The notes under the pieces: generated by a model
What the model was told of the DNA's origin: nothing
Database searches by the model: none
The model's input: only the letters and a program-made list of their open reading frames with translations
Shown: piece by piece, positions 12,188 to 27,126 of the stretch
Numbering within the stretch: the first letter of the stretch is position 1
Layout: every line of letters begins with the position of its first letter
Program-made: the position numbers and the translations under genes
Assembly: GCA_051294905.1 (NCBI GenBank)
Contig: CM119378.1
Location: 10,106,001 to 10,170,000 of the forward strand
Reading direction: 5' to 3'
From: Botryllus schlosseri
Lineage: Eukaryota
Length of the DNA stretch: 64,000 nucleotides

Positions 12188-13018
12188 TTGAGCATGTATC
12201 GGACACCATGTATTCCTAATCTTCCTAATGTTTGGCTGCTCTAGGCACGAGATACAGTACGTGAAAACCGACGGTGTCAATATATCGATCCAGATTTACA
12301 AAATATTTTGTAACCCACAATCGCCGCACAGAACAATCAGTATAATTGTGACATATTTCATCGTTATTCAAAACCAGGTGCATTCGGTGTCACACTCGAC
12401 CCGTGAAGAGCTGGAACTAATCAATTCGCGTCGCATGTCGTCCTTATTAGTTATTTGCCATAACGCACCGTCGCTTGTCACTAATGCAAATGGAACTCGC
12501 GTACAGTGTTATTTTACGTATGCGTGTCGACCAGCTCGATGTGTGAAAGACGAAAGTGTTCTCAGAATCAGCTGTACGGTATATTACAAAACGTCAACTA
12601 AAACGGACAGCGCATAGCGAAATATATTTCTAATACGTTTTTCCATGCACTGGGATATGGCCACGCGTGTATAGTGTATCCTTATCCTTATCCGGCATGG
12701 CTTGTCGGCATTTGGATATTTTTATTATTGTAAAAAAGTGACGCTTTCAGTCGATGATGGTTTTCTGAGTCACGCTTAGGATATTGTACGCCCTAATGCT
12801 GCTCATTGAGATGGTTATGCGTGGATGGTAGGCACTCACGCGCCCATTTCAATAGCGTTTTATGATTGTAAATATGGAGTCGGAGGTTCCCTTTGGAAAT
12901 CGGATTGTTGACCGCAAGCGCATGTAAAAGTCTATACATTCTCAGATCCTACAAATGAATGCCCCCATCCTATAAAAATTACCACTGTGAAGAGAAGAGG
13001 AGATGCTGGACTGGACAC

Positions 13019-13675
13019 TGGGGGTCTTCAAAAATGACTTTGTTTCTCAAATTGTACTGGCTACTTGGTAAAATAGTTAGGTAGCCTAATTTAAGCCTAC
13101 ACACCAAATTCGGTTCAATTCAAGTCAGTAGCCGCATTGCTACAGGAGAACAAGTTTCTATTTATATAAATTAACAAAAATTTCAAAATGTACTGATCAC
13201 CGCATGAAAGTGTTAGGTTGTCTATCGAAACGATGTTCACCAAATTTGGTTAAATTCTAACCAGTGGAAGCGGCGTTATTGCCGTCGAAAAATTTGGATT
13301 ATCAATAAAATAGTATTTACGGTGACCAATTCTTTGATTATTTAATATAGATATGCCCACCGTAAATACTATTTTATTCAAATCCAAATTTTTCGACGGC
13401 AATAACTCCGCTTCCACTGGTTGGAATTGAGTCAAATTTGGTGAACATCGTTTCTATAGACAACATAACACTTTCATGGACAGAACAGAAAATTTTGAAA
13501 TTTTTGTTAATTTATTTTTATATAATATATAGAAACTTTGTTTTCTTGTAGCAATGCGACTACTGGCTGGTATTCAACCAAATTTGTTGTGTAGGCTTAA
13601 ATTAGGTAGCCTAACAATTTTATTAAGTAGCCAGTACAATTTAAGAAAAAAAAAAGTCATTTTTGAAGAGCCCTA
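13019..13675. mobile_element. hAT MITE family A, long palindromic copy
   Basis: TSD CTGGACAC (13011-13018, 13676-13683); ~305-bp inverted arms around a ~33-nt loop (13325-13357). Confidence 0.92.
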
Positions 13676-15539
13676 CTGGACACTGTTCATTGTTCAATCT
13701 GTTCACACCTGTAGCCTACTCTCTACCGACCCTATGCTTTCACATAAACGTCGGGACACGGCTATAGTAAGTGACGGAGATAATTTATTGATCAACATTT
13801 GGGCCTCACACATTTGTACGAGTGCCATCTCAGCATTACCAGGTGCTAATCAATAATTCTACTCGTCATATTATATGCTGAAATCACGTGTAGGATCCGC
13901 AATTGATACCGTATATCCATCGCACACAAATATCAGTTGGCGCCGAGGAAACGCTCTTGACCTAGTCTATTACGTATGTTGCAATTGAACTGATAGCATG
14001 TAGTTCCAAACCGATCGCATAAACGTCAACAACACCCATGTGATGTCTCTAAAAGACAGTCCTAACCAACCAGGAAGCGAGTGAATCGGTTGTTATACGT
14101 AATCAGATGTCACACCACAACCCCATCCCACACAAAACTACCGTGCCGTTATCCAGTGAACTGACTTAAGAGCATATCACTCTGCCTAATATTATTGTGC
14201 GAATGATGAAAATTATATTCATTCTCAGTATATGAATTAGTCGAAACTCGTCTTAAAAACGAGTACGTATGATATCACTGCCTTAGCGGGCTGGTTTATC
14301 GAGGTTATATTTGTGATTGTGAAGATACCCTGGTTCCACGAACAGACATATGACGATATAATCAGCCAGCAGTGTTTTACAAAACCTATTGTGTCGTCAA
14401 TATAGCGGGATCAAATGAATCATCGGCAAATTTCCTATATTCATAACGAAAGATGACTCGGATGAAGGCTTTTCTTCAGCTATCAAGATGCTAAGATTTA
14501 ACGCAGGAACGAGAAAGTCAGCCTGTCAAGCGGTTTCGACGAAGTATTTATAAAACGAGAAACATCAGCTACACGGTTGCACGACGTCGATATCCCACTG
14601 TAGTACACGGTTATGTTTTGTCATCTTTTACGTCACTGAGTGCGTCAGAGAACCATCGCGACAGACATAAGCACAAACACATACAGATATCCGTAAACGG
14701 TTTGACGATCATTAAAAATCAGGTAAGTTACCACCTCCCTATGCGTAGCCATTGTCTGTTAGCCATTGGTATGTTAGACTAAACACATTCTCACTTGAAA
14801 AAAAATGCATCACATATAGCTCTGAGATGTAATCAACACTGCGATACCACGGTATATTTTTTCAATATCTACAATATATAGTGACAAACATCGGTGGGCG
14901 TGTACCGTGAACCCTTGTCGTGCGCTAAACCTTCCGTGCTGACTCGGTTCATTCACGTAACGTTACGTAGTTGCCGGTCAATATAAATAAGTAACGTTAC
15001 AGCAAGGTATGGCGAGTATGATGCAAACATATGCGATGCTGATCACAAGCGCACGGCCGTTCCATTCCCCAGGGAAATGTTCGGAATTGAACCAATGCGA
15101 TGAAATATCGCGAAAAAAACATTCGTCGTAAGTTGAGGATTGCGGGTAACGCATTAATCTATTATGGCGGAAAAGCTTCCTGGAGGTACAGATCTTCAAT
15201 TTGCAATTGAACAGTAGGTATACATATCGAGATAAAACCATATAATTACGACACTCGTCAGGGGCAATCGTCACTAATTAGTAACGAATTGGAAAGAACA
15301 TAGTATATCAACAACCGTATCACCAAATATGACATCACCGGCATGAAATTTCGAATAATCGGCGATCAATGACTCAATAGAGTATATATATGTGCGTGAG
15401 TACAGTATACCGACACAAACCAAACATCACTAACAGAGTTATTCAATGTCTTTCCAAGTAGTCCGGGACCTTGCATGATAACATTCCCCACCCATCGCGA
15501 AAATGTGATTTACCATATAGCGATTCACGCGCGGCACGA

Positions 15540-15639
15540 AAAAAACCATTTTGAAATATTAGACTAAAATTGTTATTGTACTTTCTTGCGACACGGACCG
15601 CACGAAATGTCCTCGCGGGCCGCGTGTTTGAGGCCCCTG
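15540..15639. mobile_element. Solo right end of a CAGGGG/CAGAGG-type hAT MITE
   Basis: cgcgggccgcgtgtttgaggcccctg resembles the end at 27100-27126; left end not found. Confidence 0.45.
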
Positions 15640-18600
15640 CTGCACATGATCGCACACCGATTAATAAGAAAAACATATGTAATATATATGTATAGTTTTT
15701 ATGCTGCCTATAAACCCGAACCATATGTAGCAGTCTATTGATGAAGAGTTGGATCTTTATAGCAAAAAAATCGTTAAGAGTCATGCTGGTTATAGTCTAT
15801 CTTAGCGTGCCGAAACACTTTCGTATTGTGTGACATTAAATCCTACAGAAGTATTTCCCAACTGATTCCGTTTCCTCTCGTTTACTCAGTGCAATCATCA
15901 CATCGCGTTCGGACTCTTTCCGCGTCGGCAAATCGGCAAGGCAATGGCCAATGCAGGCAAATGCAAAATCAGTACCAGCATACAAAGTACGTGTGGCATA
16001 AAAATTTACCATGTCAATTCGACCGCATCTTACACCCATTGATGAAAGGTTGGAACATACTTAAGGCGAAATAGCAGCAGGGCTCCGACCGCAAGGATAT
16101 ACTGTCTCGGAAGAATTTTCAAAGCTATTATATCGAAATAACGCATTTTGCTGTTGATCCCTGCCCGTTAACATCGTCAGAGTAATTTTCTACGCGTATC
16201 GTAGAATGTTACGTGCCTCGTTGAAGCATCCTAAATTTTCGTCCTGTTCCAAGATGATTTGGCTTGTAGTATAGGCAGGGCTACTCGAAACCCTACGGTC
16301 ACGGTGTCATCAACACAACCGATCCCAGGCTACATCCCTACACGAAACGCATTACTATTCATAGAAATTCTGATAGATGTTACCGAAAGTGTTCCTACAA
16401 GGCAAATGGCCGGCGTAAGAGTCTATTCTAGATGACGCAAATGTTCGCCCGTAGCGGGAAAACAACGGGCGAACGTTTTCCACCATCCTATCACGACCGT
16501 AATTGTTTAATAAGTCTCTGAGGATCTGCTTTACCCAGCTGACAAATATCCTATATGCGATTGATCTCCAACGCTATACTCGTTCTCACCGCAAACCAAA
16601 AATTTGCTGTCAAACATGCCGCCGATATCGCTGTTACAAATGCCATCTCCTGCCGGCCTCCTTGAAGTAAGGACCGTTCCTATCGAGGACTTTTGTATCC
16701 GCTATTACCAGTGCTTTCAATGATCCTGCTTGCCGTGTGACATTAGGCTTCAGGTTATTAAAAATGCATGCATTCTCTCTTCGGCTGGATAATGCCACGG
16801 AGCCGCGCTTCGATGTATGTATGCACTACACAAATATTGCAAGCGCTTTCGTCCTAAATTGCCCGCAAATGTAGTTCGAATGGTTGGCGACGCGTGTCCC
16901 AGTTTTAATTTTAAATATTTCATAATTGGTATTTAAAGAAACAATTGGTTAGGTGGCATAAACCTGTAATTTTAATGGAATGGTAGGTTTGTACCGGAAG
17001 ACCCTGAATACGGATGAGTATGGAGTGGAGATGACGATGGCCCGGGACTAGAGAGATTTGATCAATTCATGGGTTAGCCTTGCGTGGCAATGTAACTCGT
17101 GCAAAAATGACAGAATGTTGTCGCTCTGCTCCTTCTTATTAGTTTTATAGTGAAATGATTCGTTGTCGGGATATCGAGTGCGAATAGTGAACGATGCTAC
17201 TATAGTTACTAGTTACATTCAACAATTTGGCTCATCTACCTCAAACCAACGAAACGTAACGACTTGCGATACCATAATGCACGGAATGCACCTCAGAGCA
17301 TATCTAATTATCAAAAAACCTGGGATCTCAGAAAAACTATCATTTTAACATGCTTTGATTATTCATTATGCTTGAATTTGTAAATCCAATCATGACGCAA
17401 GCTGACCTATTTATGGGCAATGCTGAAGATAGTGCACGAAAGTCAAGCAACTGCTGTTCAATGTAGGCCTACCACAGTCCGTCATGTATATTTCTTGAAT
17501 ATGAGTGTAATATGACTTTCGAGCATTCAATGTCGTTCATACGCTTACAAATGAGCCAAGTATTGTAATTCTATGTGCTATTTTCATATATAGATCGTTA
17601 TCGCTGCAAAAAGGGTCGTGCTTTAAGCAGGTTTTTCAAATACATTTTAAATTAAAACATAATCCTATAGCTATACCTAATACAACGTAAAATATAACAG
17701 TATGATAGCAGTAAATAATTCCGCCGAACTAAGCAGGGTGGTGGATCGGGAAAGACTGGCATAAATATTCACGAGCATCCTTATAGAAGCTATTGCTAAA
17801 AAGAAGAAAAAACTCTGCGTTCATGGGGTGGATGTGTTGAATTCATTCGATTCATACTATACAGAGCTGCAACAGTATCGATCGCCTAAGAACTGAATGC
17901 GTTTGGGCGGTTTGGCGATGCTTTGACCCACTGGATGCTATGCCCCCAAGATAAGAATGCTTTCTGCAAAAATGACAAACACGACTTTAAATGTCAAGGT
18001 AGTGCAATTTTTACTCATTACCGAGCTGAGGAGCCGGAAATCCCCCGAATCTATTTTCGCCCATACGATGTTATCTGCATTTACATATACTGACATTTTT
18101 GTATCTAATTGCAACGTCTAGCATTGTCGGCGAGTGAGTGGGTGGTTAGTCTACTACAAATACATGTAGTCATGGACAATGAGATACAGTATATAGCTAG
18201 AGTAATATGCAAAATGCCATCGAATGAGCTGGTTTCATAAACGACCATTCAAATTGTCCACTGTCTAATTGTCTATATCTATATTACGAGTTACACTGGG
18301 CGTGGTTGTGTTTACCACGCGTTAGTAACTTCCTCGACCCACCTCGCACATATTTTGTGAAATAATATCGATTGGCAACTGGGGAATAAACTTCATACTT
18401 AATTATCTTCACGTATAAAATTACATTTCCAACAATTGAAAAAAGTCTCGCGAACGTGAAACAGACTGGTATAGTTTGTTTTGGTAATGTCTGATTTGGT
18501 TACTGTTGCATTCGCATCCTGGTCGCTCGACTCCCATCCTAATTCTCAATGTATTCCATCCGCCCCATTTGTACCCGAGGAAACATTACGCATCTAACAT

Positions 18601-19929
18601 ATATGTGAAAGCTGGTTGAACTAGATTTCCGGCGCAGTCGCTTTTTAATGATTTCCGGCGTGATATTCATCGCATAGTGGCAAATTAATCCTTGCAGAAA
18701 TACTGTTCTGTAACAGTGTTCGACAGCGAACACAAACATTTTGCGCCCATAGCCACAGTCGTGTACATTGTGTTATGTGCATTGCACACTGCATGCTCTC
18801 CAGATATTAGTAATATATCGTTTGCTGTATATGACCAGCTTGTCCACCAATAGAATTCAATTCAGGGTAGCTTTACTCCCAATAAATCCCGACACTCAGC
18901 AAACATGCAATATAGGCTGCCTATCATTCAGGATTCGATAAATCGCTATCGAGAAAGACCACTTTGTGCTTTGAAATCAAAATTTTCGAGGGAATATGTT
19001 ACACCAATTCGAAATCAAACCGGGCTAAACTATATAAAATGTGTTGAAGCTTCCGCTCCCGGCAGACAGCGATATTTAAGCGGTATTTTTTTCGTTTCAA
19101 AGATGACGTGCTTAGGAATGACAATCAATAGGAGGTAAGTAAGCATCTAAAATACCCTCCAAGTGCTCGTTAATAATTTATCTCTTACTTTTAATTTGCG
19201 ATGCTCTTCCTTCGGAAACATATACCTTATGGCAAAAGAGTGAATTTGCGTTCGAGCTAATATCGTGAACGGCGCCATATGGGAATCGTTCGCGGGTCAA
19301 ATACACATTTACATAAACACATATTAACATGTCTAAGTTCGTCTGACATTGTTTCAATTTCCTTGGAAATGACGTAGTGTAAGTATAGGATTTTATAACA
19401 GTCTGCAAGTTTCTCTCTGTGAAGTGTACAGATTCTAATTGAACTTACACGACTTGGTCATTATAAAACGATCGGCATCAGTTTGAGATGGAGATTATCC
19501 AGAAACCATGAATACGATTATATAGTATACAGACGATTTCTTCGCACCGATTAGTCGAAATTTCATGCAGGTGACGTCATAATCGGTGATACGATTGTTA
19601 TTATTCAATGTTATTTCCAATTCTATGCTGACGATTGCCCCTGACGAGACTTGGCCGAAAATATTAGTCTTCATTTCAATATGAATATCCTATTCAACTA
19701 TATACGGATGATTTTCGAATGCTTCAGTCCAAAATGATACACAGTATCAGTCGCCGGGGTTTGCATACGGTGGGTGATGTATCGCAAACGTATGGGAAAC
19801 AATTATGAACAACACGAGACCGCCTGGCCTTATTAGAATTAGGGGGAATGTCCTGGTGAAGGATATATTAGGAAGCGTTATACGGCGGGATTGAACGTAC
19901 AACGAATTTCAACGGCTATTTGTTGCTAA

Positions 19930-20500
19930 ATTCGTTTTGGTGAACAGCGCCTGGTAATGGTCCGCTGTCACACACCCACAGTTCGCTATTTTCAGTTGAT
20001 CTCACTGAATTTCCTGTGGATTCGAATTTTTTTCCACTGACCGCATTGTTTTTCTTTACTTCTCACCATTACTATTCCTCTCAAGTATAGTAATACTTCA
20101 TTTCATCAAACAGACATTCAGCATTGATATATGATATTTGCGTTGCGTCGAAACAATTCAAAGACGTATACCTACCCTCAAGGTCAAAGGTGACGCGAGC
20201 TGACAACAAAATGAATGAACTATTTCCAAAAACTCGCCACGACAAGTTTAATGCAACGGTGCCATTATGCGACACTATATATATGGATGCGATACCTTTG
20301 GAGCTATTCAAGTTACAAAACATGCCTCGATTCATAGCGTAATACATGCAATCTATAGTATCCGCAGCTATTAGAGCATTGGAAGTATTAAACTAACCAC
20401 ATACATTGACAATTGACACCGCTATTGATCTCCAACGGTGTCGCAAATCTGTTTTCCGAGTGGCGTTTTCGGCGATTGTCTGTTCACCAAAATAAACGAA
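19930..20500. repeat. Degenerate inverted repeat, possible old MITE
   Basis: ttcgttttggtgaacagcgcc (~19931-19951) is the imperfect reverse complement of ggcgattgtctgttcaccaaaataaacgaa (~20470-20499); no TSD identified. Confidence 0.3.
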
Positions 20501-20714
20501 AAGCAACCGGGTCTTCGCTTTTTTCCTACTTACAACGTGTTCTGAGAATTCTACGATGCTTTCTGCATTAGAGGCTTACGCATAGGCCACGCTGCATTAT
20601 GACAAATGACCACCTTATGGTGAATGCGTTTTTCGTTGTCATACACGAGAAGAGTGGTAAGCGTAATGGCCGTTATTTTTGAAATCGGATGACATGGGAA
20701 TTAATGATGTAAAG

Positions 20715-22226
20715 CAGAGGTCTCAAACACGCGGCCCGCGGGCCGCATGCGGCCCGCGAGAGCATTTTGTGCGGCCCGCGACGGCATTTTGGAATTTCAA
20801 GTATTCAACAATATATTCAAGTGCCATATATATATTTTAGATATAAGAGCTTTAAGTTCAATCTAAAACTACTATAAAAATCACTGGCATCTCAACAAAC
20901 TTCACTATTACGTCACATTTCTAGTTCATGACGATAGATCATGACCCGTTGATGATTCGTGACTTAAAATTGTGATTTGGTTTGGTGCGACCTTTTCGTA
21001 AAATTACTCGGTTTTGGATTGACTGAGTGATTGAATAAAAATTACTCGAGTTGAGTCGGATCACACGTTAAAATCAGACAAGGACTTGTAAATCGAAACG
21101 GTGACTTGTTAATCCTACGGGCGCAACAATCTATGAAACTGTCATGGAGAATAGTAATATATCAAAAGGTCGTAGCTTGCGCTGCCTATCTAATCAGGTC
21201 AGTATGGCAACCATTGGCAGTCTATGACCCGCGTGACGTATAGTTGGTTACATGCTGGTTGTTGTTTGTTCTCTTTGTCCATGTTATTATCGTAGGCGAG
21301 TAGGGTAGCACTACGCTCTACAGCTGTAACACCAATGAATTATTCGCCGATTGGACATTTTTATTCTCGGGGTTCTTAACCAGGGTCCGTAGACCCCATC
21401 GGGGCACGAAGCACCACATCAGGGTGTGCGAGATGCATTGTGGAATTAGGCCTATATGTTGTGGAATTTTTTCTAGGCCAATTTATTCAACTGGAAAATA
21501 GTCTTGTGTGAATAGGCTTTCTGATTTTAATATAGGTAGTTAGGTACCATCAGAAATTGTGTTGAAAATGGACAGGCGCTACGAGAACTCTCATTGGAAT
21601 CACAAGGGGTACGATCGCTTAAAAGGCTAAGAAGCAATGCTATTACTGTGGCTCAATAATTATTATATTGAAGTTGTTATTGATATGTTCCAATAATAAT
21701 CGAAGGCAAAATCTTACGCTGATTTACTTTGACTTTGGCAATGACAATAACAAGCCTACATTTATCACGACTTTATCAAAACCAGGATTAGGCTACACCG
21801 CTCAAATGCTCTGATATCAGATCAATCTTCAGTATATTTTACAATATAGGCCTAATAAAATTGTGGCACGTCAAACGGTCAAAGGTCCACTAGCTGCACT
21901 ATTATAACCAGACAGTTTTTACGATGTCATGATGCATCCTCTCGTATTATATCTATAACTTATTAATTAGAAAAAAATGCCCGGCACAAATTCAAATTCA
22001 AATATTTGAAAATGTGATTTTATTTCGTGTCAAGCGTGAATAATGCAATAGTAAATCACATTTCCACGATGTTTGTGGAATGCCTGTCTGCAAGGACCCG
22101 TAAAATAAGGCCTAGTGCCCTAGTTGGAACCTATACATTGAATATCCCGATTATTGATGCTGCGGCCCGCGGCGTCATCACAAAATAGGAAATGGCCCGC
22201 GAGCACATTTGAGTTTGAGACCTCTG
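20715..22226. mobile_element. Non-autonomous hAT element (CAGAGGTCTCAAAC family, 1512 bp)
   Basis: TIR CAGAGGTCTCAAAC...GTTTGAGACCTCTG; TSD ATGTAAAG (20707-20714, 22227-22234); colinear with the reverse complement of 25916-27126. Confidence 0.93.
21365..21640. mobile_element. Probable nested MITE inside the 20715 element
   Basis: Ends ggggttcttaacc and aggctaagaagcaatg are degenerate TIR-like; the size is close to the 301-bp length difference from the sister copy. Confidence 0.4.
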
Positions 22227-23525
22227 ATGTAAAGTATGATTATATAAATCATTCAATAATATAATATTATGAATATCGCATTCCTGTGATTATAGTTTCA
22301 CAAATCACATTAAACATTAAAATTTGATATTATTGCTGTTATTATTATTATATTAATACGATTCGTTCATCCGTACCTGGAAAGTTAGGAGTTTGCGCAC
22401 CGTATGATCTATGCTTTAAGTATATTTCGCTACACTCTTGAAACTTTGGCCAGCTGAAGGCGACCATATTTTTTCTCGGGTATTGCCGCGCGTCACCATT
22501 AACGTCATTCGCTGTTCTGACACACTCGGGAGTCTGTGCCCATAATAGATACACGAAACCGAATTAACTCCCAGTGTTTCTGGATACTAAGACACCTTTT
22601 ATGTCATTTCGACCTCCAATGACGGAGCATCTCTATACAAAACCTTAAGGGCTCTATAAAACTGCTTAAGCGGCCATTCTGAATTCGCCAGTTCGCAGGT
22701 AAATATCCGACTTTTTCAATTAAGTCTTTAAATTATAGATAAGTTAAATTTCTGCGCGCGTAATCCGCAAAAACCTATCCTTTTCGGGGTAGCAGATAAA
22801 GTAGCAAGAGCTTAAACGGATTCAGGATGGATCGAAGCAAATGAAGAAAGAGTCAATGTCTGTAAAATTGTTGCAATTCTGAAGTAACATAACATAATTA
22901 ACTGCGCTACCGTTTTGAAACTGACGACGCAAGATTCTTCATTACATTAATCGACGATGCTTGCTTGCAAGACATATCATACGTTTCGTATGCAGGTCAC
23001 CTTGAAACACTCTGAAAACATATCGCTCGTGGTAGGATTTTCAAATAGTTCCATTCCATAGTCGCTGGTCGTAGGACTTATCCCATCCTAAGGAATCCTT
23101 CACGTACAATTTACTATCTAATCCACCAGATCACAGTATGACCATATCATAAACATGTAAAATAGCGGTTGCTGATTTGTGTTGCAATGAACGCGTAGAT
23201 AGCATTTCCAAGTGATAAATGTAATGCCATAGCTACGATCTCGAATAAATTCGTAAGAAACTGGCCTGTAAAAATCTTGATAAGTCTTGCTTTGGAATAG
23301 AGTTCTATATTGTGATGTTTCCCTTTGAAATCCCCTTTGAAATTGATATGGATGCATATCCGCAGTACACGACATCGCATAAAATATGTAAGTCAATTCG
23401 AGAACTTATAAGTGATATTCGAATGATCCGCCAGATGACGCTAGACGACGTGGGTCTTGCTATTGAGAAAACTGACACGTCTGTGGCTTATCCATGCTCC
23501 TCCTCGCCATCTGATCCACGTAAGC

Positions 23526-23966
23526 TAGGCTTACCATATTTTGGAAATGTAAAAAGAGGACACTTTTTCAGAAATTTCAGACATGCAAAACTGGAGAAGA
23601 ATTCTCAAAAACCGGTAAATTTTTCCCACATCTTGATCGGTTGACTAAAAAAAAAAGGTTATCACTTCCGCTCAGATCTCAAAATAACGTTTTACTCTCT
23701 ACATTGCCAGGGGGATGACTAAAAAAAAGGTCTTCTTTTCGCTCAGAGCTTAAATCACCACTTTTCCCTCCGAAATACCCGCCGGAGCTTCACTTCTGCG
23801 CTAATTTACGGCATATCACTCGCGATTTGCTCTAAATCTGACCTAAATTTTCAAAAAAGAGGACAAAATCTCAAAAAAGAGGACAAAAGGGCGTCCTCTG
23901 AGGACACTTTCGAAAAAGTCAAAAAAGAGGACAAATCCTCTTAAAAGAGGACGTATGGTAAGCCTA
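23526..23966. mobile_element. hAT MITE with AGGACA subterminal repeats
   Basis: TIR TAGGCTTACCATA...TATGGTAAGCCTA; TSD ACGTAAGC (23518-23525, 23967-23974); repeated aaaagaggaca. Confidence 0.92.
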
Positions 23967-24152
23967 ACGTAAGCGGAGTCTTAAAAAGCCTGGAAGTGGG
24001 CCGTATCTCAAGTCGAAAGATACGGAATCATAATAAAGAATATTGGTCTGGTGTAAACTGTGTAAACACCATGAATACCACAGGCAACAACAACAGCAAC
24101 ACCTGAAACTGCGAGCGACAGGGATAGAATAAATGCAGGCTAGTCATGATAT

Positions 24153-25197
24153 CAGACATGCCACTCCTGGGTTTTTCCACCCAGATCTGGGTTTTACAAG
24201 CACCATCTGGGTTTCTGGGTTTTTGTCCTTGAAATCTGTTTTTTTTCAACATCATATTCGTCAGGTCAATTTTACGCTCGAAAATGAACTATTAGATTAG
24301 TAAGATCGTAATGTAAAATGCACGCACCTTAGTTCGCCATTGCAGGGATATCTAGAATTGTCGATGCATGTCGTTTTTATTGTAACGGCGAAGCGAGCTA
24401 TAGTAACGAGATTCACTAGTAAAATGATAGGCCTCGCCGTGATGCGATGGAACTTCATTGAATACTAGCTTCCAGGTCGCAAGAAAGTCTTGTTCAACTC
24501 AGTGGCACCGTTTTCTTACAATTTAAACGATTTCAAACTGGAATGCTAGTATCACTCCAATAAAGTTGTCGTGTATCAATAAGTAACATGTAACCATATT
24601 ATACTTTATACACATTAGTATCTTAGTATATTCACTTCCAACAGAGATACTCAGAGAGAGACAGTTGGACACCCCCAGCAATGTAGCCTACTTAGTCAGA
24701 GGCATTGATTATCAGCACATTCGAACATACCCTGAATTTAATGATTTGCGACTTAACATTTCTGCCATATTATCATGCCAGGATAAATCAACCGAAAGCT
24801 ACTTTCAACTGGTCAGATCAGCGTACGAAAATACCCGAAAATCACCCTCAGAGATCGGGATGAATGAAATTGTTTCGAACATCCGTGAACACTATTGCGT
24901 ATTGACGCCGCGCATCAATTGTTTCACAGAAATGCGTTGAGAGGAAAGCAAGATATTTTTGTGAGATTTGCAGTGTTCACCGAGCAAAATGTATAGTAAA
25001 TGAACTATTAACCTTTGTAATTTCACTATCAATGGCTAAAACTTACCTCTATTACCGCATGACTGTAATAAAGACTGTCAGTTTCCAATGTTACACCTAT
25101 CACTCAGCAATTTGCGTGTAATATAGGATCTGTTTTTTTCTGGGTTTATTTAGAGTCCACATCTGGGTTTTTCCGAAATATCCCAGTGGCATCTCTG
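24153..25197. mobile_element. Non-autonomous hAT element (1045 bp)
   Basis: TIR CAGA(C/G)ATGCCACT; TSD CATGATAT (24145-24152, 25198-25205); CTGGGTTT subterminal repeats at both ends. Confidence 0.9.
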
Positions 25198-25915
25198 CAT
25201 GATATTCGAATGGGATACTACACATTGTCCCTTCAGAATATTCTCAGACACAGATTTAGCACATGCTTTCAAACATTTATATGCAGACAATATCGCTAGA
25301 ATATCATTTAATCAACCAGAGTGATACGCCAAACATGCTTGTACCGACCTATCTCCTTAGCATAAGCAGGCGAGAATTCTACTCCCAACTTCATAGAACC
25401 TGCGAGATAGCTGGCAACTCAGCATTCCTAGTTTCCAATTCCGTAAGACGTTTGCTTGCGTGATAGCAATAGTGAAAAGGGGGTCATGAAGTTCGGTCAT
25501 AGCCCCCATGTAAATCCAGGCCCTCGCAACACTGATGCGCTGTAAGCACGCAGGCCCTGGCTAACGCGCGTGAATTTCTGTTTTGAAAGTAACTGCTCTG
25601 TCGGTCCTCATAGGCCTATAGTCGTAACAGCATGAGGTATCTAGTTATCTGACATAGATTAATTAACACATAAGCAATGAAGCAAATGCAGCAAATATGC
25701 AATGAACTTGCAATGCACTAAGGCAACATATTCAACTAAACATATAAATATCGGCGGCGCGTTTAGTAGTCTACATAACAGGAAAATGCCGTCACTTTTT
25801 GACAAAGGACGCCTAATCTACCCTATTGACTTTTGCAAAACAATCCCGCTTAGACGAAAGCCCCTGGGAATTTGGGATCAAATGCATTGATTCGATGCGG
25901 TTATTTCGATTAGGA

Positions 25916-27126
25916 CAGAGGTCTCAAACTCAAATGTGCTCGCGGGCCAGTTTTCCCGTTTTGACGATGCCGCGGGCCGCAGCATTTATAGGGGTATTCT
26001 ATGTCTTTCCAATTAGGCCTTATTTGGCGGGAATGAATTGTCCTATTGAAAGTGAACCGATCCAGCAGACTATCAGTAAACACACATCGTCAAAATGTGA
26101 TTTACTCTTGTATAAATTTAGGCCTGGCAAGAAAAGAATCATCACATTCATAACTATTTTAATAGAATTGTTGTTGTACTTGATATATATTAATTATAAC
26201 ATATAGACACCATGTGGCCAGACAAATGTATGATGCCATCATAAAAGCTATCGGGTTATAATTTTGGATCTACTATGAATATTTTTAATTCAACAGATTG
26301 GTAATAGAGACTGATCTGATATCAAAACATTTTTAGGTTGAGCATTGTAATTCCAATTCAGGATTTGGGTATACTTCTGATAAGTAGGCTATTAATATCA
26401 TGGCCAAATATCTCCAAATATAGGAGCAGAAACAAATATAAATATAATATAAATATATTGATGAATGTGTCCTAGTGATTGAAATGTCGGAACGCCGAAC
26501 GGCCCATTGTTGTTACATCGTTGGAGCGTACCACTACGGTACTCGGTACCTGTAAGTGGCCTTAATAACATGGCTTAGCGACCAAAGATGTAACTGACAG
26601 ACTGCCAATGGTTGCCATAACTACTTGCTTAGTTAGCGAAATACCAAGCTGCGACCTTATGATCTATTACTATTCCCCTGATACGCGATTAGTTTGTTGC
26701 ATCCATGGTTCTAACAAATTCCCGGCATTCCGAGTCACTCCGAGTCCACTCGAGTCATTTTCATTTTGCCATCGAGTTAGCCAGAGTCTGAGTAATTCTA
26801 AGAAAGGTCGCGTCCAAGTCCAACTCGAAAATTTCAGTCACGAATCTTCTAAGGGTCAGGTTTCGTCATCATGAATTGGAAATGTGGCGAAATAGTGAAT
26901 TTTCCACTGCATGGTAGCGTATGCAATTGATGTGATAGTGAAGTTTGATGAATAGTTTCAGGCTTTCGGGGCAATTTAAGAGGGGATTTTGACCTTATAA
27001 CCTGAGAAGATATATGTGACACTAAAATATTTTCAAATTATTAAAAATCTAAAATGTCGTCGCGGGCCGCACAATATGATCTGGCGGGCCGCATGCGGCG
27101 AGCGGGCCGCGTGTTTGAGACCTCTG
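25916..27126. mobile_element. Non-autonomous hAT element (CAGAGGTCTCAAAC family, 1211 bp, opposite orientation to 20715)
   Basis: Same TIR; TSD GATTAGGA (25908-25915, 27127-27134). Confidence 0.93.

Noticed and set aside
24665-24940. 91-aa ORF inside the 24153 element as a transposase remnant
   Set aside because: No hAT motifs recognised.
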